A stretch of DNA of 20,401 nucleotides, from the IMG/VR virus record IMGVR_UViG_2513237219_000003. The stretch is one strand, 5' to 3'. A program made the position numbers and the translations under genes. Shown piece by piece: positions 16,547 to 20,401 of this stretch. A model generated the notes under the pieces. That model was not told the DNA's origin, made no database searches, and saw only the letters and a program-made list of their open reading frames with translations. How positions within the stretch are numbered: position 1 is the first letter of the stretch; each line of letters begins with the position of its first letter. The DNA comes from a virus. Lineage: Duplodnaviria > Heunggongvirae > Uroviricota > Caudoviricetes.

Positions 16547-16558
16547 GGGCGGCGACCT
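16547..16558. other. Lambda cosN cohesive-end sequence (GGGCGGCGACCT), with cosB/Nu1-binding region following to about 16735
   Basis: Exact 12-nt lambda cohesive end preceded by the lambda right-end sequence …CCGACAGGTTACG and followed by lambda left-end sequence CGCGGGTTTTCGCTATTTATGAAAATTTTCCGG…. Confidence 0.85.
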
Positions 16559-16735
16559 CGCGGGTTTTCGCTATTTATGAAAATTTTCCGGTTTAAGGCG
16601 TTTCCGTTCTTCTTCGTCATAACTTAATGTTTTTATTTAAAATACCCTCTGAAAAGAAAGGAAGCGACAGGTGCTGAAAGCGAGCTTTTTGGCCTCTGTC
16701 GTTTCCTTTCTCTGTTTTTGTCCGTGGAATGAACA

Positions 16736-16795
16736 ATGGAAGTCAACAAAAAGCAGCTGGCTGACATTTTCGGTGCGAGTATAAGTTCTGATTAG
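16736..16795 (+). pseudogene. nu1: nu1 (terminase small subunit) remnant: first 16 codons only, then deletion junction at about 16782/16783
   Basis: MEVNKKQLADIFGASI matches the lambda Nu1 N-terminus; the frame then diverges and stops after 3 more codons; downstream sequence looks like the last codons of lom plus its terminator. Confidence 0.8.
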
Positions 16796-16818
16796 CCAGG
16801 TAACACAGTGTTATGACA

Positions 16819-16844
16819 GCCCGCCGGTTCAGGCGGGCTTTTTT
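16819..16844 (+). terminator. Intrinsic terminator (GCCCGCC / GGCGGGC stem plus T6) upstream of stf; probable lom terminator
   Basis: Perfect 7-bp GC-rich stem, 6-nt loop, TTTTTT run. Confidence 0.7.
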
Positions 16845-16855
16845 GTGGGGTGAAT

Positions 16856-19819
16856 ATGGCAGTAAAGATTTCAGGTGTACTGAAAGACAGCACAGGAAAA
16901 CCGGTACAGAACTGCACAATCCAGCTGAAAGCAAAACGTAACAGCACCGCGGTGGTGGTGAACACGCTGGCCTCAGAAAATCCGGATGAAGCCGGGCGTT
17001 ACAGCATGGACGTTGAGTACGGTCAGTACAGCGTTATTCTGTTGGTGGAAGGATTCCCGCCGTCACATGCCGGGACCATCACCGTGTATGAAGATTCCCG
17101 ACCCGGTACGCTGAATGATTTTCTCGGTGCCATGACGGAGGATGATGCCCGTCCGGAGGCTCTGCGCCGTTTTGAACTGATGGTGGAAGAGGTGGCGCGT
17201 AACGCGTCCGCAGTGGCACAGAACACGGCAGCCGCGAAGAAGTCAGCCAGTGATGCCAGCACATCTGCCAGTGAGGCGGCAACTCATACAACCGATGCTG
17301 CAGGCTCAGCTCGTGCCGCCAGCACGTCAGCCGGACAGGCTGCATCATCTGCTCAGTCAGCATCTTCCAGCGCAGGAACGGCATCAACAAAGGCCAGTGA
17401 AGCATCGAAAAGTGCTGCTGCTGCAGAGTCCTCAAAAAGCGCGGCAGCTACCAGTGCCGCTGCGGCGAAAACGTCAGAAACGAATGCGGCAGCGTCACAA
17501 CAATCAGCAGCCACTTCTGCATCCGCCGCGACCACGAAGGCGTCAGAAGCTGCCACCTCAGCCCGGGATGCGGCGGCCTCAAAAGAGGCGGCAAAATCAT
17601 CAGAAACGAGCGCAGCCTCGAGCGCCAGTAGTGCAGCCTCCTCGGCAACAGCGGCAGGAAATTCCGCGAAGGCGGCAAAAACGTCCGAGACGAACGCTAA
17701 GTCTTCTGAGACGGCAGCAGCACAGAGTGCCTCCGCAGCAGCAGACTCAAAAACAGCGGCTGCCTCATCTGCCAGCGCCGCGTCAACAAATGCCGGGCAG
17801 GCCTCAGCCAGTGCCACCGCTGCCGGAAAGTCGGCAGAAAGCGCCGCATCATCCGCTTCAACAGCCACAACGAAGGCTGGCGAAGCCACTGAACAGGCCA
17901 CGGCAGCAGCGAGGTCAGCTTCCGCAGCGAAGACATCCGAAACGAACGCGAAAGCGTCGGAAACCAGCGCAGAATCCTCAAAAACGGCTGCCGCATCGTC
18001 AGCCAGTTCGGCGGCGTCATCGGCATCATCGGCGTCTGCTTCAAAAGATGAGGCGACCAGACAGGCGTCAGCAGCGAAGGGCAGCGCCACGACGGCATCC
18101 ACGAAGGCGACAGAGGCAGCTGGCAGTGCGACGGCGGCAGCTCAGAGCAAAAGTACGGCGGAATCCGCGGCAACGCGCGCCGAGACAGCAGCAAAACGGG
18201 CAGAGGATATTGCATCCGCCGTGGCGCTTGAGGATGCGAGCACGACGAAAAAGGGGATAGTACAGCTCAGCAGTGCGACTAACAGCACTTCCGAGTCACT
18301 GGCGGCAACGCCAAAAGCCGTTAAGGCCGCGTATGAGCTGGCTAACGGGAAATACACCGCACAGGATGCAACGACAGCACAGAAAGGGATAGTTCAGCTT
18401 AGCAACGCGACCAACAGCACATCTGAAATGCTGGCGGCAACGCCAAAGTCGGTAAAGGCAGCCTATGACCTTGCTAACGGGAAATATACTGCTCAGGACG
18501 CTACGACAGCACAAAAAGGAATTGTCCAGCTCAGTAGTGCAACCAACAGCGCATCTGAAACGCTTGCCGCGACACCGAAAGCAGTGAAAGCAGCTAATGA
18601 TAATGCGAATGGTCGGGTACCTTCTGCCCGTAAGGTGAATGGTAAGGCGCTTTCAGCGGATATAACACTGACGCCGAAAGATATTGGTACGCTTAACTCA
18701 ACAACAATGTCATTCAGCGGTGGTGCTGGTTGGTTCAAATTAGCAACGGTAACCATGCCACAGGCGAGTTCTGTTGTTTCAATTACGTTGATTGGTGGCG
18801 CGGGATTTAACGTGGGGTCACCTCAACAGGCAGGTATATCTGAACTTGTTTTGCGTGCAGGTAATGGTAATCCGAAGGGGATTACTGGTGCTTTATGGCA
18901 GCGCACATCGACAGGGTTTACAAATTTTGCCTGGGTCAATACATCTGGTGATACTTACGATATTTACGTTGCAATCGGAAATTATGCGACTGGTGTAAAT
19001 ATTCAATGGGATTATACCAGTAATGCCAGCGTGACGATTCATACGTCACCAGCATATTCTGCTAATAAGCCGGAAGGGTTAACGGACGGTACAGTTTATT
19101 CACTCTATACGCCATCAGAGCAGTTTTATCCGCCTGGCGCACCAATCCCGTGGCCATCAGATACCGTTCCGTCTGGCTATGCCCTGATGCAGGGGCAGAC
19201 TTTTGACAAATCTGCATACCCGAAACTTGCAGCCGCTTATCCGTCAGCCGTGATCCCTGATATGCGTGGCTGGACGATTAAGGGCAAACCCGCCAGTGGT
19301 CGTGCCGTATTGTCTCAGGAACAGGACGGCATTAAATCGCACACCCACAGCGCCAGCGCATCCAGTACGGATTTGGGGACGAAAAACACATCGTCGTTTG
19401 ATTACGGAACCAAATCCACGAATAACACCGGGGCGCATACCCATAGTATTAGCGGGACTGCAAATAGTACCGGTGCGCACCAACACAAGAGTTCCGGTGC
19501 ATTTGGTGGCACGAACACGAGCATTTTCCCTAATGGTTATACCGCGATTTCAAATCTAAGCGCGGGGATTATGAGCACAACAAGCGGTAGTGGCCAGACT
19601 CGTAATGCAGGGAAGACATCATCAGATGGTGCTCATACCCACTCGCTGTCCGGCACTGCTGCAAGCGCAGGCGCACATGCACATACTGTCGGTATTGGTG
19701 CTCATACGCACTCCGTTGCGATTGGCTCACACGGACACACCATCACCGTTAACGCTGCTGGTAACGCGGAAAACACCGTCAAAAACATCGCATTTAACTA
19801 TATTGTGAGGCTTGCATAA
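16856..19819 (+). CDS. stf: Side tail fiber protein Stf, full-length single ORF (about 987 aa)
   Basis: N-terminus [26 protein letters not shown]… and C-terminus …[31 protein letters not shown] match lambda Stf; long Ala/Ser/Thr-rich shaft; His-rich HxH repeats near the tip; ATG at 16856 with GTGGGGTGA upstream. Confidence 0.95.
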   Translation: MAVKISGVLKDSTGKPVQNCTIQLKAKRNSTAVVVNTLASENPDEAGRYSMDVEYGQYSVILLVEGFPPSHAGTITVYEDSRPGTLNDFLGAMTEDDARPEALRRFELMVEEVARNASAVAQNTAAAKKSASDASTSASEAATHTTDAAGSARAASTSAGQAASSAQSASSSAGTASTKASEASKSAAAAESSKSAAATSAAAAKTSETNAAASQQSAATSASAATTKASEAATSARDAAASKEAAKSSETSAASSASSAASSATAAGNSAKAAKTSETNAKSSETAAAQSASAAADSKTAAASSASAASTNAGQASASATAAGKSAESAASSASTATTKAGEATEQATAAARSASAAKTSETNAKASETSAESSKTAAASSASSAASSASSASASKDEATRQASAAKGSATTASTKATEAAGSATAAAQSKSTAESAATRAETAAKRAEDIASAVALEDASTTKKGIVQLSSATNSTSESLAATPKAVKAAYELANGKYTAQDATTAQKGIVQLSNATNSTSEMLAATPKSVKAAYDLANGKYTAQDATTAQKGIVQLSSATNSASETLAATPKAVKAANDNANGRVPSARKVNGKALSADITLTPKDIGTLNSTTMSFSGGAGWFKLATVTMPQASSVVSITLIGGAGFNVGSPQQAGISELVLRAGNGNPKGITGALWQRTSTGFTNFAWVNTSGDTYDIYVAIGNYATGVNIQWDYTSNASVTIHTSPAYSANKPEGLTDGTVYSLYTPSEQFYPPGAPIPWPSDTVPSGYALMQGQTFDKSAYPKLAAAYPSAVIPDMRGWTIKGKPASGRAVLSQEQDGIKSHTHSASASSTDLGTKNTSSFDYGTKSTNNTGAHTHSISGTANSTGAHQHKSSGAFGGTNTSIFPNGYTAISNLSAGIMSTTSGSGQTRNAGKTSSDGAHTHSLSGTAASAGAHAHTVGIGAHTHSVAIGSHGHTITVNAAGNAENTVKNIAFNYIVRLA
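18242..18615 (+). repeat. Three tandem copies of a 129-132 bp unit inside stf, encoding 43-44 aa tail-fibre repeats
   Basis: Units begin at 18242, 18371 and 18503; encoded peptides TT(A)(Q)KGIVQLS(S/N)ATNS(T/A)SE(S/M/T)LAATPK(A/S)VKAAY(E/D)[11 protein letters not shown]; the third copy diverges at its end. Confidence 0.85.
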
Positions 19820-20401
19820 TGGCATTCAGAATGAGTGAACAACCACGGACCATAAAAATTTATAATCTGCTGGCCGGAACTAATGAATTTATTGGTGAAG
19901 GTGATGCATATATTCCGCCTCATACAGGTCTGCCAGCAAACAGTACCGATATTGCACCGCCAGATATTCCGGCTGGCTTCGTGGCTGTTTTCAACAGTGA
20001 TGAGTCATCGTGGCATCTTGTTGAAGACCATCGGGGTAAAACAGTTTATGACGTGGCATCAGGGGACGCGTTATTTATTTCTGAACTCGGCTCATTACCG
20101 GAAAATGTTACCTGGTTATCCCCGGAAGGGGAGTTTCAGAAGTGGAACGGCACAGCCTGGGTGAAGGATACGGAAGCAGAAAAACTGTTCCGGATCCGGG
20201 AGGTGGAAGAAACAAAAAACAAGCCTGATGCAGGTAGCCAGTGAGCATATAGCGCCGCTTCAGGATGCTGTGGATCTGGAAATCGCAACGGAGGAAGAAA
20301 CCTTGTTGCTGGAAGCCTGGAAAAAGTATCGGGTATTGCTGAACCGTGTTGATACGTCAACTGCACAGGATATTGAATGGCCAGTAGCACCTATAGGGTA
20401 A
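19819..20401 (+). pseudogene. tfa: Tail fiber assembly gene tfa with a frameshift at the A-run near 20214..20223
   Basis: Frame 1 (19819..20244) gives [24 protein letters not shown]… matching the lambda Tfa N-terminus, then stops; the next frame continues [59 protein letters not shown] to the stop at 20399..20401, matching the Tfa C-terminus. Start overlaps the stf stop (TAATG). Confidence 0.85.

Noticed and set aside
16363-16620. 85-codon minus-strand ORF spanning the cos region
   Set aside because: It runs across cosN and the conserved lambda right and left end sequences, which are non-coding in lambda; no convincing start context.
17250-18260. Long ORFs overlapping stf in other frames and on the opposite strand (17250..18260 plus; 17353..18102, 17697..18215, 18142..18357 and 18493..18756 minus), with Arg/Pro/Gln-rich or Ala/Asp-rich translations
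   Set aside because: They lie entirely within the Ala/Ser/Thr-rich repetitive shaft of stf, whose codon bias keeps alternative frames open by chance. Their compositions are low-complexity and stf itself has a clear homologue.
1-20401. Scan for CRISPR arrays, tRNA or rRNA genes, and T7 RNA polymerase / lacI sequences (as in engineered DE3-type lambda lysogens)
   Set aside because: No regularly spaced short direct repeats, no tRNA-like cloverleaf candidates and no such inserts were seen; int is intact and uninterrupted.

Overview
This window is the left ~19 kb of a defective, mosaic lambdoid prophage integrated at the lambda attachment site beside the host gene ybhC (1..1284, minus). All calls rest on reading the supplied ORF translations and the raw sequence and comparing them with lambda and K-12 DLP12 sequences recalled from memory; no database search was possible. 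Layout: ybhC | attL (core GCTTTTTTATACTAA at 1331..1345 plus P' arm) | lambda int-xis | an accessory region disrupted by two inverted IS1 copies | lambda orf63-orf60a-exo and a 5'-deleted bet | an AT-rich island with a two-lipoprotein operon in place of the immunity and replication region | DLP12/phage-21-type ybcN-ninE-ybcO-rusA-ylcG-quuD | convergent nmpC porin | S21-type pinholin, SAR endolysin and nested spanins | borD-ybcV-ybcW-ylcI | intact cos with nu1 cut at codon 17 and fused to the last bases of lom (all head and tail genes deleted) | lambda stf and a frameshifted tfa. The best candidates for something undescribed are (a) the AT-rich lipoprotein island at 7883..9567 and (b) the IS1-bracketed cargo at 3746..5298 carrying a winged-helix-like 142-aa gene coupled to a zinc-finger-like ORF interrupted by an in-frame TGA. 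No CRISPR array, tRNA or rRNA was seen.
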